Shown here: positions 17,799-26,768 of the stretch, in pieces
How positions within the stretch are numbered: the stretch's first letter is position 1
Layout of the letters: each line of letters starts with the position of its first letter
IMG/VR virus record: IMGVR_UViG_3300036793_000047
Location: 148 to 64,147 of that record
Length of the DNA: 64,000 bases
Source of the DNA: a virus
Taxonomy: Duplodnaviria; Caudoviricetes
Strand: one strand, 5' to 3'
Translations under genes and position numbers: made by a program
Notes under the pieces: model-generated
Database searches by the model: none
Seen by the model: only the letters and a program-made list of their open reading frames with translations
Told to the model about the DNA's origin: nothing

Positions 17799-18219
17799 CA
17801 GCTTCCGCAGCGTGTATGCGCAGCTGATGACAGCGGCGCCGCTGGGCACCATGTCAGCGCGGCAGCTCGCTGCGCTGCGCGCACTCGACGAAGTCATGGT
17901 CGTCGCTGAGCACGTCATGCGGGGCACGCCGGTAGGGGCTGGAGCGCACGCGACGATCTGCGCGCTGATGATGGACTGCTACGCAAAGGGTCGGCAAAGC
18001 GCCGCTAGCGACGCGCCGCGAGCAGCTGTCGAGCCGGCCCACTCGATCGAGACCACACGCCTCAGCTGGCTGCTGCGAGCAGACGAGCTGCGGCAGAAAG
18101 TAGCTCAGCTGCCGCCCGGCGCACTGCCCATGCTGGAGCGCGTCATCGCCGCCACCGTCGAAACACTCGAGGAATGCGCGGCTGAGCTGCGCGACGCTGC
18201 GACTGCAGCTGAGCGCTAG
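17788..18219 (+). CDS. Hypothetical helical protein
   Basis: GTG 17788 after GGAGG; 143 aa. Confidence 0.55.
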   Translation: MSSDSFRSVYAQLMTAAPLGTMSARQLAALRALDEVMVVAEHVMRGTPVGAGAHATICALMMDCYAKGRQSAASDAPRAAVEPAHSIETTRLSWLLRADELRQKVAQLPPGALPMLERVIAATVETLEECAAELRDAATAAER

Positions 18220-18264
18220 AACGTCCGGCGACAGCGCCGGCCGATGGGGAGAAGGATCAGGGAC

Positions 18265-19638
18265 ATGAGCGAACCGAACAACGCTGCAGCCCGTAACGCC
18301 CGCGACATGATCGCGGGGCCGGCTGACGGCGGCAGCAAGCAGCAGCGCAACGCTGAGCAGCAAACGCCCGGCAACGAGCTGGAAGTGCACAAGCGCGACC
18401 GGCTCGACGCGATCATCGACCACATAGCGCCCGAGATCGATAGGCAGCTCGTCGCGCACATTCCGAAAGACTATTTTCTGCGCACCGTCGAGACGGGGCT
18501 GCGCAAGTCGCCTGCGCTCGCGCGCATCGCGCTGCACCCGGAGGGGCGGCGCTCGCTGTACGCGGCGATGCTAGAAGCTGCGCGCTGGGGGCTCATGCCG
18601 TTCACCAAAGACGGCGCGATCGTCCCGTTCGGCAAGCAGGCGCAGTTCATTCCGCAGTGGCAGGGGCTCGTCAAGACCATGTACAACAGCGGGATGGTCA
18701 CAGCCGTCGAGGCACGGCTGATCCATCAGCGCGATGAGTGGGCGCTTGCATACGGCGATCAGGGCGGGTTCTATCACCGGCCGGCGCTCGTCGACAGCGA
18801 CGGCAACACTATCGACCGCGGCCCCGCGATCCTGGCGTATTGCTTCGTCCGGCTGCGCGACGGCAACCGCACAGCCGTGACAACTGTCACGAGGCAGCAG
18901 GCGATCGAGACAAGAGATCGCTACTCGCGCAGCTACCAGAACGCTGAGACGTCATGGAACGGCAAGCCGCCGACGCTTGACAGCGCGTGGCATACCAACT
19001 TCGACGAGCAGTGGATCAAGACAGCTGTGCGCCGGCACTTCGACGTCGCGCCCAGCTCGCCTGAGCTGCGCGACGTGATGCTCGCAGCGTCGCGTGACGA
19101 CACGCAGCGCCCGGCAGCTGCTGACGGCACGTGGACAGCTGAGGTCGTGTCTGACTCGTTCGACGATTACAACGGCGACCCGTGGTCGACTGACGCCGCT
19201 GATCTGCCGCCCGACCCCGAGCAGCACGAGCAGACGCCCCCGCCGCCGCCCGCGCCGCCGCGAGCCCGCGGCACGATCATGCGCGAGCTGCACGCCCGGC
19301 TCTCTAACGGCGGCCTCAAGGGCGCCAAGAACACTGACGCGAAACTCGCTGTCTGCGCGCTGCTCGGGCGCGACAGCCCCGAGGCGCAGCCGCTGTCGCT
19401 CAAGTCATTCAACGATCTCAGCGACGAGCAGCTGCAGCTGATCTGCACCAAGCTGGAAGTGATCGCCAAGAACGCCGACACTGGCGAGCACCGGCCCGAA
19501 GCTGACGTACGCGAGGATCTGCTCAGACTCGCGCGCGCAGCCGGCTGGGCTGAGCGAGCTGGCAACCCGACAGCTGGCGCTGACAGCGTGTCTGCTGCTG
19601 CTAGCGACCGCGAGCACGCAGAGGACGAGCAGCAGTGA
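18265..19638 (+). CDS. recT: RecT family ssDNA-annealing protein with long C-terminal extension
   Basis: SLYAAMLEAARWGL...AIVPFGKQAQFIPQWQGLVKTMYNSG...AYCFVRLRDG...W.TNFDEQWIKTAVRR. Confidence 0.85.
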   Translation: MSEPNNAAARNARDMIAGPADGGSKQQRNAEQQTPGNELEVHKRDRLDAIIDHIAPEIDRQLVAHIPKDYFLRTVETGLRKSPALARIALHPEGRRSLYAAMLEAARWGLMPFTKDGAIVPFGKQAQFIPQWQGLVKTMYNSGMVTAVEARLIHQRDEWALAYGDQGGFYHRPALVDSDGNTIDRGPAILAYCFVRLRDGNRTAVTTVTRQQAIETRDRYSRSYQNAETSWNGKPPTLDSAWHTNFDEQWIKTAVRRHFDVAPSSPELRDVMLAASRDDTQRPAAADGTWTAEVVSDSFDDYNGDPWSTDAADLPPDPEQHEQTPPPPPAPPRARGTIMRELHARLSNGGLKGAKNTDAKLAVCALLGRDSPEAQPLSLKSFNDLSDEQLQLICTKLEVIAKNADTGEHRPEADVREDLLRLARAAGWAERAGNPTAGADSVSAAASDREHAEDEQQ

Positions 19639-19826
19639 AACTCCACCTGTGGCCGTGGGAATGGATCATGTCGCTCGCGGGCACCGTCGCCGGCTTCGCT
19701 GCGTTCGCGTCGTACGGGACGTGGCAGGGGATCGCCGGCGCAGCAGCTGGCAACATCGCCGGCCATGCTGCGCACGCGCAGATCTCGCGCGAGATCGCGC
19801 AGCGCAAGAGCAAGAGCAAGACGTGA
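19635..19826 (+). CDS. Small membrane protein
   Basis: 63 aa, hydrophobic hairpin. Confidence 0.55.
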   Translation: MKLHLWPWEWIMSLAGTVAGFAAFASYGTWQGIAGAAAGNIAGHAAHAQISREIAQRKSKSKT

Positions 19827-19828
19827 GA

Positions 19829-20155
19829 ATGATCATCCGCTGCGTCGCGCTCGCTGGAATCATCACCAGCGGGCGCGACCCGCGCGGGCTGTGGCTGCGC
19901 TCGTACGACCCTGAGCAGAATGGCGGGCGCGGCGCAGCTGAGTGGACAGACGACCCGGCTGACGCGCTCGTGTTCGGCAGCCCTGACGAAGCATACGAGT
20001 GCTGGGCGAGCACGCCCAAAAACAAGCCACTGCGCGACGGCGGGCAGCCGAACAGGCCGCTGACTGCATACACAGTGCAGATCGAGCCTGCTGACAATCC
20101 CGACGTCAGCGCCCCCGGATTAACGACGATCGAAGTGAAAGGGGACCTGCTGTGA
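19829..20155 (+). CDS. Hypothetical protein
   Basis: ATG 19829; WLRSYDP...WTDDPADALVF...RPLTAYTVQIE. Confidence 0.6.
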   Translation: MIIRCVALAGIITSGRDPRGLWLRSYDPEQNGGRGAAEWTDDPADALVFGSPDEAYECWASTPKNKPLRDGGQPNRPLTAYTVQIEPADNPDVSAPGLTTIEVKGDLL

Positions 20156-20553
20156 GCGCACCAGCATGCCCGCGCAAGCAACCGCACAGCGCGCACCCCG
20201 GCTGCCCCGGCATCATGCCGAAGTCGCTCGCAGCCGAACTCAAGACGTCGCTCGCTGATGCGCTGTTCAGGACACAGGCAGTCGTCGACTGCACGTGGTG
20301 CAAGCAGCGTCACAGCGGCCGCTACCTCTGCGACGCAGCTCGTCGCGTGCTCGACGCTGCCCCCGAGGTAGCCGACCAGCTCGCGCTGTGGCACGACACC
20401 GCGCGCGTGCTGCAGCAGCACGTCGACGCCGATCACGAAGCGCTGCGCCGGGTCTGGCTCGTCGCGCAGCGGTTCGATGACACGCTGTTCGATCTGCGCT
20501 TCACAGCCGCAAGCGTCGCCCGGAGGATACGCGAGGCGGTGATCGGCTCATGA
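20152..20553 (+). CDS. Hypothetical protein
   Basis: 133 aa, coupled. Confidence 0.55.
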   Translation: MSAPACPRKQPHSAHPGCPGIMPKSLAAELKTSLADALFRTQAVVDCTWCKQRHSGRYLCDAARRVLDAAPEVADQLALWHDTARVLQQHVDADHEALRRVWLVAQRFDDTLFDLRFTAASVARRIREAVIGS

Positions 20554-20729
20554 GCGCCCGGCTGCTCGCCTGGGCAATCTGGGTCGGCTTGGCCCGGAAG
20601 GTTGCGCGGCTGATCGTCGACGACCTCCGCAAGTACCCGAACGAGCGATCTCTTACCATCGTCGGCTCAGCGCTGACGATCGTGTTTGTGCTCGCAGCTG
20701 CAGTGACGATCGTGCTGGTGACGCTGTGA
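20550..20729 (+). CDS. Small membrane protein
   Basis: 59 aa MSARLLAWAIWV...IVFVLAAAVTIVLVTL; overlaps both neighbours by 4 nt. Confidence 0.5.
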   Translation: MSARLLAWAIWVGLARKVARLIVDDLRKYPNERSLTIVGSALTIVFVLAAAVTIVLVTL

Positions 20730-21100
20730 GCGGCGAGCTGATCGCTGAGCATCGCGGCGGCGTCGAGTGGTGGCGGGCGCCTATCCCGCGGCGTTGGCAT
20801 CGCTGCACCCCGTGGACGATCGCGCTCGTCGACGATGAGCGCGTCGATCGCTGCGCGTGCGGTGGGCTGCGCGTCAGTTGTCTCAGCTGCACGCAGCTGC
20901 ATGTCAGTTTCGGTCTGCACGTCAACTGTCGCAGCTGCGGGCTGTGGCTGCAGCGCAATTCGCGGCAGTACGTCTGCGACGAGCACGAGCAAGCAGCTGC
21001 GCATCAGCGCGTCGATCAGCTGCTCGACGAGTGGCAGACAGCGTGCGCTGCTCGTCGACGTCAGATCGTCGCTGAGCTGAGCACGATGAGGCTGCTGTGA
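20726..21100 (+). CDS. Cys-rich hypothetical protein
   Basis: 124 aa; CACG, CLSC, CRSC. Confidence 0.55.
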   Translation: MSGELIAEHRGGVEWWRAPIPRRWHRCTPWTIALVDDERVDRCACGGLRVSCLSCTQLHVSFGLHVNCRSCGLWLQRNSRQYVCDEHEQAAAHQRVDQLLDEWQTACAARRRQIVAELSTMRLL

Positions 21101-21447
21101 GGACGAGCAGCGCTGACCTAGTCGAGCGCGATCAGTTCCGGTGCGTGCGCTGCGGCGTGCTGTGCGCCGGCGCTGCGTCGTCAGTGCATCATCGGGTGCT
21201 CGGGAACCGCAGCAACAACCGCGCGTCGAACCTGATCCTGCTGTGCGGATCCGGCACGACCGGCTGTCACGGCTGGGTGCACGAGCATAGCAAGCGAGCC
21301 AAGGATGAGGGCGGCTGGATCGTGTCGCGTCACGCACAGCTCGACGTGTCAGCGATCCCCGTGCTGTACGACCAGCCCGGCCGACAGGGCTGGTATCTGC
21401 TCGACGACGATCTGCAGCTGACGCTGTACGAAGGGGGAGAGGGATGA
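21097..21447 (+). CDS. HNH endonuclease
   Basis: RDQFRCVRCG...VHHR...NLILLCGSGTTGCHGWVH. Confidence 0.85.
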   Translation: MRTSSADLVERDQFRCVRCGVLCAGAASSVHHRVLGNRSNNRASNLILLCGSGTTGCHGWVHEHSKRAKDEGGWIVSRHAQLDVSAIPVLYDQPGRQGWYLLDDDLQLTLYEGGEG

Positions 21448-21797
21448 GTCATCACGTCGCAGTGCGACTGCCGCACCCGGACGGGCCGCGCGCTGGGCGC
21501 GAGATCGTCGTCGACTACCGATGCGAGATCGTGCCCGTCATGCACCGGATACACGACGAAGCGCAGAAAGGACGGGAGGGCAACCCGGAAGATTACGCGC
21601 TGATCGTCGAGTGGGCCGACATGAACCCTGACCGGCTGTGCTCGATGGCAGAGATCGCTGCAGGGTCGATCTCGGGGAAGCCTGACGCGACGTGCGGCGG
21701 GAAGCATCCTCCCGCGCTCGCTGAGCCGTTCGCTTACAAGCCGTACCGGCCGAAGCGCCAGCCCGGCCAGCAGTCGCTGTTCGCCGGGGTGGACTGA
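21444..21797 (+). CDS. Hypothetical protein
   Basis: 117 aa, ends QQSLF. Confidence 0.55.
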   Translation: MSHHVAVRLPHPDGPRAGREIVVDYRCEIVPVMHRIHDEAQKGREGNPEDYALIVEWADMNPDRLCSMAEIAAGSISGKPDATCGGKHPPALAEPFAYKPYRPKRQPGQQSLFAGVD

Positions 21798-21798
21798 T

Positions 21799-22059
21799 AT
21801 GGCCGGCTCGTGGGACCACATCACAGACGATCAGGGCCGGTTCACCGGCACAGCGCTGATCGACAACCTCGGGGACGCGTACGAAGCGCTGCAGCAGTGC
21901 TACGGCATGATCCAGTACCTCGCGCAAGAGATCGCAGAGGACTGGGCTGCTGAGCAGCCGGACGCTGAGCAGATCGCGGTCGAGCGAGCTGACGTGATCG
22001 AAGACGCGCGGCAGCACGCAGCTGACGGGCTCGCGCTGGGAGGGCAAGTCGATGAGTGA
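21799..22059 (+). CDS. Hypothetical protein
   Basis: 86 aa, acidic. Confidence 0.55.
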   Translation: MAGSWDHITDDQGRFTGTALIDNLGDAYEALQQCYGMIQYLAQEIAEDWAAEQPDAEQIAVERADVIEDARQHAADGLALGGQVDE

Positions 22060-22540
22060 ACGCAAGCCGTCGCGGTACACGACGACGATCAAGGCCAGGC
22101 GCACAGCAGGCGAGTGCGTCGATCTGCTCGCAGACGCGGGCGCAGCCCGTGTCGCGATCGAGATGACTGACCGCAAGCCGACAGGGCTGTCATTCCGGCT
22201 CGACATGGCCGGCCAGTGGCAAGACTTCGTCATGCCGGTCGACGTCGACGCTATGCAGGCTGTGCTCGTCAAAGCGTGTAAGCCCGGCGGAGCGCTCGCG
22301 AAGATGGGCGGCACACGCGGCGCTCGTCCCGTCGAGCTGGCTCGCTGGCAGACACGCGAGCACGCAGCTGACGTCGCATGGCGCGTCGTGCTGAACTGGC
22401 TAGAGGCGCAGCTCGCGCTCATCGACGCTGACATGGCGAAACTCGATCAGGTGATGCTGCCGTATCTCGCTGTCGACGGCGGCACGCTGTACGAAGTCAT
22501 CCGCGACAAGCATCTTGCGCTGCCCCGCGGTGCGTCATGA
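22052..22540 (+). CDS. Conserved phage hypothetical protein
   Basis: YTTTI...VAWRVVLNWLEAQLALI...QVMLPYL. Confidence 0.65.
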   Translation: MSERKPSRYTTTIKARRTAGECVDLLADAGAARVAIEMTDRKPTGLSFRLDMAGQWQDFVMPVDVDAMQAVLVKACKPGGALAKMGGTRGARPVELARWQTREHAADVAWRVVLNWLEAQLALIDADMAKLDQVMLPYLAVDGGTLYEVIRDKHLALPRGAS

Positions 22541-22713
22541 GCGGGATCTTTTACGGCGGCGACAGCTGTCAGCCCGGTCTGTGTCACTGCGACGAGCCGC
22601 CGTCGAGCCGCGCCTGCTACAGCCGGCAGCACAAGCGCTGTCGTGGTCGGCGCCGTGACGGCAGGCAGCTCGCAGATTGCGAGTGTAGCTGCCACGAGGG
22701 GAGCGCGTCATGA
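22537..22713 (+). CDS. Small Cys-rich protein
   Basis: 58 aa, coupled both sides, ends CECSCH. Confidence 0.45.
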   Translation: MSGIFYGGDSCQPGLCHCDEPPSSRACYSRQHKRCRGRRRDGRQLADCECSCHEGSAS

Positions 22714-22889
22714 TCGTCGGGCTGCCGCTCGGCTGGGCGATCTGGCTCGTCGCAGCAGCTAACTTCGCCCGGCTCGCATACCGCGACTGGCGCGACCCGG
22801 CCGAAGATCGTCAAGTCGTCATCGGTGCTGCGCTGATCGTCGTCGCGATCATGGGCGCAGCAGCGATCGTGCTGGGGGTGCTGACATGA
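22710..22889 (+). CDS. Small two-TM membrane protein
   Basis: 59 aa MIVGLPLGWAIWLV...VVIGAALIVVAIMGAAAIVLGVLT. Confidence 0.5.
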   Translation: MIVGLPLGWAIWLVAAANFARLAYRDWRDPAEDRQVVIGAALIVVAIMGAAAIVLGVLT

Positions 22890-23104
22890 CGGGGCAGCGA
22901 CAAGCCGGCGAGCTGGCACGCATGGGGCTAGTCAGCGTTCAAGTGATCATGCCGCTCAAGCTGCGGCAGTCGTGCAAAGTGATCGCAGCGCTGCGCGACG
23001 TGCCGCTGCGCGTCGTATACGTCGACGCGCTGAAAGAGTACGTCGCAGCGCACGAGCCCAAAGGGCCGGTGTCGCTCCCCGCGATCGACGACGACGATGC
23101 ATGA
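22886..23104 (+). CDS. Possible ribbon-helix-helix DNA-binding protein
   Basis: VSVQVIMP strand followed by two amphipathic helices. Confidence 0.4.
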   Translation: MTGQRQAGELARMGLVSVQVIMPLKLRQSCKVIAALRDVPLRVVYVDALKEYVAAHEPKGPVSLPAIDDDDA

Positions 23105-23327
23105 CAAGCGTTGCGAGCTGACTGACCTGCTCGTGTCTGCGTGCTCTCACTGTCACCCGCGCGCAGCTGCTCAGCCAGCAGCTGTGCCGCGGGGACCGTG
23201 GGTCACTGCTCGATTCCCCGGCCGGTGCTCGCAGTGCGACGAGCGCGTGCACGAGGGCGACCAGATCAGATCAGACAGCGAGGGCGGCTGGCTGTGCGAG
23301 ACGTGTGGAGGGGAGCAGCATGCATGA
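23097..23327 (+). CDS. Small Cys-rich protein
   Basis: CELTDLLVSACSHC...ARFPGRCSQC.E...EGDQI...WLCETC. Confidence 0.55.
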   Translation: MHDKRCELTDLLVSACSHCHPRAAAQPAAVPRGPWVTARFPGRCSQCDERVHEGDQIRSDSEGGWLCETCGGEQHA

Positions 23328-23472
23328 CACAGCGCTCATCGTCGCAGCTGTCGCCGGCGCAGCGGGCGGGTACATCGTCGGACGCTGCCACCAGGCAGTC
23401 AGGTACTGGATCGCAGCCGGCCGCAAGCTGCGCCGGGACTGGGGCAGCTTCCGGCACGGCCCGCGCTTGTAG
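23320..23472 (+). CDS. Small membrane protein
   Basis: 50 aa with an N-terminal TM segment. Confidence 0.45.
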   Translation: MHDTALIVAAVAGAAGGYIVGRCHQAVRYWIAAGRKLRRDWGSFRHGPRL

Positions 23473-23581
23473 GCGCGGCGCTAACGGGTCGTGCTCGTCG
23501 CTGCAGCTGATCAGTCACGAGCACGCCCGCCGCCTGTCAGCCGCGCTCGATCGTCACCCGCTGCTGTACGACGTCAGCCGC

Positions 23582-23743
23582 TCAGCTGACGCCGACATCC
23601 CAGTGGAAGTGCCCGACTGAGAAGTGCCAGTCGAACCCGCCTATCGCGTGTATGACGAACGCGAGCACGATGACGACGACGACGACGATGAGCAGCCAGA
23701 TCAGGAATCTGAGAAACGCGGGAAGTCCGCTGAGCCAGGACAT
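23582..23743 (-). CDS. 53-aa membrane protein on the opposite strand of the early arm
   Basis: MSWLSGLPAFLRFLIWLLIVVVVVIVLAFVIHAIGGFDWHFSVGHFHWDVGVS; fills an otherwise empty gap; not in the ORF track. Confidence 0.55.
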   Translation of the reverse strand: MSWLSGLPAFLRFLIWLLIVVVVVIVLAFVIHAIGGFDWHFSVGHFHWDVGVS

Positions 23744-23793
23744 GAGCTGTCAGCTACCCCGGCCGCAGTGCGCTGAACATCTGCCGCTGACCT

Positions 23794-23872
23794 GCATAAA
23801 TACAGCGCGAGCACGTATAACTGCGTACGCGTTGCGTGTATGCTTTGCAGTGGAGAGAAGGGAGCGCGCACA
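23794..23872. promoter_or_regulatory. Divergent promoter/leader cassette, copy 1
   Basis: GTACGCGTTGCGTGTATGCT...GTGGAGAGAAGGGAGCGCG, nearly identical to 26262-26306; possible leftward TTATAC-N16-TATGCA. Confidence 0.5.
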
Positions 23873-23874
23873 AG

Positions 23875-24474
23875 ATGAGCGCAGCAGTCGAGACAGAGAT
23901 GCAGCGGGCGATTCGCCGGCTGACCGAGCAGCACTACACGCCGGCGCAGCCGGTCGTCGCTGACATCGTGTTCGGGGACCCCGAGACGATTACAGTCGCT
24001 GACCTCAAGCCCGGCGACTTCGTCGTCACGATCCCGGCCTACAAGGGCATCCGGGGTTACAGCTTCAGCACAGCAGTCAAGACGATCAGCGACGCAGCGT
24101 TCGGGAAGTGGGAAGAGCATCACGGGCGCGGGCGCGGGCACTTCCGGCAGCAGCTGCAGTCGCGCGTCATGACGTTCGCGACGCAGCCCGCCGGCATCGT
24201 CTTCGATTACCCGCTCGACGCGCCTGTGATCGTGCGCCGGCCGGCTGTGCAGCAGCTGACGCTCGACGAGCAGATCAGCAAGCTGTGCGAAGCAGTCGAC
24301 GCAGCTGAGCGTGACGTCACAGCTGATCAGGGCGCAGACGTGCTCGATGCCGGCGCTTGGGTCGAAGTGACTCGCGCTGTGATCGTGCTCGCCGGCCCTG
24401 AGATCAGCGACGCAGCAAAGCGTGCAGTCGAGCGCATGACCGGCCTGCGTGACGACGACAGCGATGGGGAGTGA
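23875..24474 (+). CDS. Hypothetical protein
   Basis: ATG 23875 after GGAGAGAAGG; 199 aa. Confidence 0.6.
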   Translation: MSAAVETEMQRAIRRLTEQHYTPAQPVVADIVFGDPETITVADLKPGDFVVTIPAYKGIRGYSFSTAVKTISDAAFGKWEEHHGRGRGHFRQQLQSRVMTFATQPAGIVFDYPLDAPVIVRRPAVQQLTLDEQISKLCEAVDAAERDVTADQGADVLDAGAWVEVTRAVIVLAGPEISDAAKRAVERMTGLRDDDSDGE

Positions 24475-25127
24475 CGACGATGCGATACGCGACTGACCCG
24501 ATGATCCGGTTCCTCAAGACGCTGCTCAGCGAGCGCGAGCTGTACTCGGGCGAGTACGACCTGACGTGGAAGATGATCGAGTGTCACGAGATCGACATAC
24601 TGCGCCCCGGCGACGGTTCGCGCGTGTCGTTCGACTGGGCGTCGACGAAGATCGACGACGTCAAAGCGATCCCGCGGCCCAAGCCGGCGAACGGCGAGCG
24701 TCAGCACTACGGGCGCAAGCAGCCCGCAGCTGCGCACGAGCAGCGCTATAACTCGCAGCCGGCAGAGTGCGGACTGTACCGGCGCGACGGCCGGCTGTAC
24801 ATCGTGCGCGAATTCAAGCCCCAGGGCGAGAGCGAGCGCGTGCGCTTCGCTCGCGAGCTAGTGCCGACTGACGCTCGCGCTGCTAGTCGCGCCGGGCTCG
24901 ACGGTGAGAGCAAGCAGCTGCGCAGCGTCAAAGCGCCGCGCATGCAGTGGTCGCTGCGCGCTGACGAAGCTGTGCCGATCGACGAAGTCGAAGCGCTCGG
25001 CATCGAGTTCGGTGAGTGCATCATCTGCGGGCAGCCGATCGAGACAGCGGCGAGCGTCAAGGGTCGTCACGGCATGGGCAAAGTCTGCTATGACAAGCAG
25101 CTCGCGCTCGTCGGTCGTGCAGCATGA
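24471..25127 (+). CDS. Protein with C-terminal DUF6011-like Cys motif
   Basis: GECIICGQPIET..S...GMGKVC. Confidence 0.55.
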   Translation: MTTMRYATDPMIRFLKTLLSERELYSGEYDLTWKMIECHEIDILRPGDGSRVSFDWASTKIDDVKAIPRPKPANGERQHYGRKQPAAAHEQRYNSQPAECGLYRRDGRLYIVREFKPQGESERVRFARELVPTDARAASRAGLDGESKQLRSVKAPRMQWSLRADEAVPIDEVEALGIEFGECIICGQPIETAASVKGRHGMGKVCYDKQLALVGRAA

Positions 25128-25486
25128 GCGCGCACGAGTGCCACGCCGGCCCGCTCTGCGCGTTCTACTTCGCAGACGTCGAGATCGCTGACGAGCGTCA
25201 GGACTGCGAGCACGACAGCTGCGCAGAGATGATGCACGAGAGCTGCCCGGCTTGCTTCGTCGAAGCGATGGAAGCGATCGCAGCGCAGGCGGTGCTCGAC
25301 GCGCCGCTGCTTGAGGGCAAGTGCCCGGAAGACGGCAAGACGATCGAGATCGGGTGCCCGTTCGGCGCCCCCGGTCACGGCCACAGCGCGCGCTGCCCGG
25401 ACGGGCACGCGTACAGCTACGTCGCCGGCGCGTTTCACCGGCTGGAATCCGAAGCACACATACTCACGCTCGCGAACGTGATCTGA
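25124..25486 (+). CDS. Cys/His-rich hypothetical protein
   Basis: 120 aa, coupled. Confidence 0.55.
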   Translation: MSAHECHAGPLCAFYFADVEIADERQDCEHDSCAEMMHESCPACFVEAMEAIAAQAVLDAPLLEGKCPEDGKTIEIGCPFGAPGHGHSARCPDGHAYSYVAGAFHRLESEAHILTLANVI

Positions 25487-25487
25487 G

Positions 25488-25823
25488 ATGGGAGACGAAG
25501 TGCAGCACGACGTGACGACAGCAAGCGAGCTGTCCGACTATCTGCGCGACGCGTTCGCCGCGTACGCCGAAGAGTACGACCGGGGCGAAGACGTCCCCGA
25601 GCCGCCGACTGTGCGCTCATACGCTGAGCTGCAGATGATGACGCGCGACGCCGGGCTCGTCTTCAGCTTCCCGAACGGCGCCGAATTCCAGCTGACGATC
25701 GTGCGGACAGCAGAGGCGCACGAAGACAGCGACATAAGCGAGTCAGCTGAGCAGCTGCGCGCGATGAGCGACGAGCGGGCGCTGCGCGCGTCCGGCGTCA
25801 TTAAGGGAGGGTCGACGTCATGA
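25488..25823 (+). CDS. Hypothetical protein
   Basis: 111 aa; MMTRDAGLVFSFPNGAEFQLTIV. Confidence 0.6.
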   Translation: MGDEVQHDVTTASELSDYLRDAFAAYAEEYDRGEDVPEPPTVRSYAELQMMTRDAGLVFSFPNGAEFQLTIVRTAEAHEDSDISESAEQLRAMSDERALRASGVIKGGSTS

Positions 25824-26218
25824 TCATGTGGGGCGAGAAGATCAAGCCGCGCAAGCGCGACAACGGTCACAGCGCTGTGCAGTACGGCAGCACCGGCAGC
25901 GACCGGGGCAAGACGTTCGTGCTCTGCGAGTGCGGAACGCGGCTGTCCGGCCGGGGTGACAACGGCGGTTATGACAGCTACCGGCGACACGCGCAGCGCG
26001 AAGCTGCCAAGCGCGCGTCAGCGCCCGAGCGTGCGCTGCGTGACCGCTCAGCATCGCTGCTCAGCGAAGCGCGCGAGCGTGTCGCCGGCATGCGCGCCGA
26101 GCCCGGTATCGACGTGCTCGCAGACGTGCTCATGGACATCGATCTGCTGCTGCCCGGTCTGTCGTATTACGAGACAGCGGAAGTGATCGCAGCCAGGCTG
26201 ACGACAGCCGGCGTATGA
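25820..26218 (+). CDS. Hypothetical protein
   Basis: 132 aa, coupled. Confidence 0.55.
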   Translation: MIMWGEKIKPRKRDNGHSAVQYGSTGSDRGKTFVLCECGTRLSGRGDNGGYDSYRRHAQREAAKRASAPERALRDRSASLLSEARERVAGMRAEPGIDVLADVLMDIDLLLPGLSYYETAEVIAARLTTAGV

Positions 26219-26232
26219 CAGCTGCTAGCTCG

Positions 26233-26306
26233 ACACGCAACGCGTACCCAGGCTTTACAGGGTACGCGTTGCGCGTATGCTGAGAAGTGGAGAGAAGGGA
26301 GCGCGA
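26233..26306 (+). promoter_or_regulatory. Promoter TTTACA-N16-TATGCT overlapped by a 14-bp perfect inverted repeat; leader cassette copy 2
   Basis: CGCAACGCGTACCC (26236-26249) / GGGTACGCGTTGCG (26260-26273) bracket the -35 (26254-26259); -10 at 26276-26281; GGAGAGAAGG at 26289-26298. Confidence 0.65.
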
Positions 26307-26309
26307 CAG

Positions 26310-26768
26310 ATGAGCGCTAAGCACGACGCAATCCGAGCGCAGCTCATGAACGAGCTGCTGCACCCCGAACTATTCGACGCGAACCCGTTCGACGCTGACG
26401 ACTTGTCGCCCGCGACGATCGCAGCCATCGACGAGATCGAGCACGCAGATGCACTCGCGCAGCACGACCCGGCCGGGTGCGGCTGCGGCGCCCACCAGGG
26501 CGGCCCCGGCGACATCGCCCCGATCAGCGTCGACACGCTGACGACAGCTGAGCCCGCGCTCGCGTACCACGGCGAGCGCGACGAGCGCTTCGCCCCGTGC
26601 CTGATCTGCCGCGTGCACACTGCGCACGCGACGCGCGTCTGCGTCGACTGCCGCCCGCGTGTGCTCGCTCGTCTCGCGTACGAAGCGAGTCGAGTCAACG
26701 CGCCGGACGCGCTGCAGATCTCGCACGCAGCAGCTGACGCGTACGCAGCGAGCATGGCGACTGCGTGA
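26310..26768 (+). CDS. Hypothetical protein
   Basis: ATG 26310; 152 aa; CLIC...CVDC. Confidence 0.6.
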   Translation: MSAKHDAIRAQLMNELLHPELFDANPFDADDLSPATIAAIDEIEHADALAQHDPAGCGCGAHQGGPGDIAPISVDTLTTAEPALAYHGERDERFAPCLICRVHTAHATRVCVDCRPRVLARLAYEASRVNAPDALQISHAAADAYAASMATA

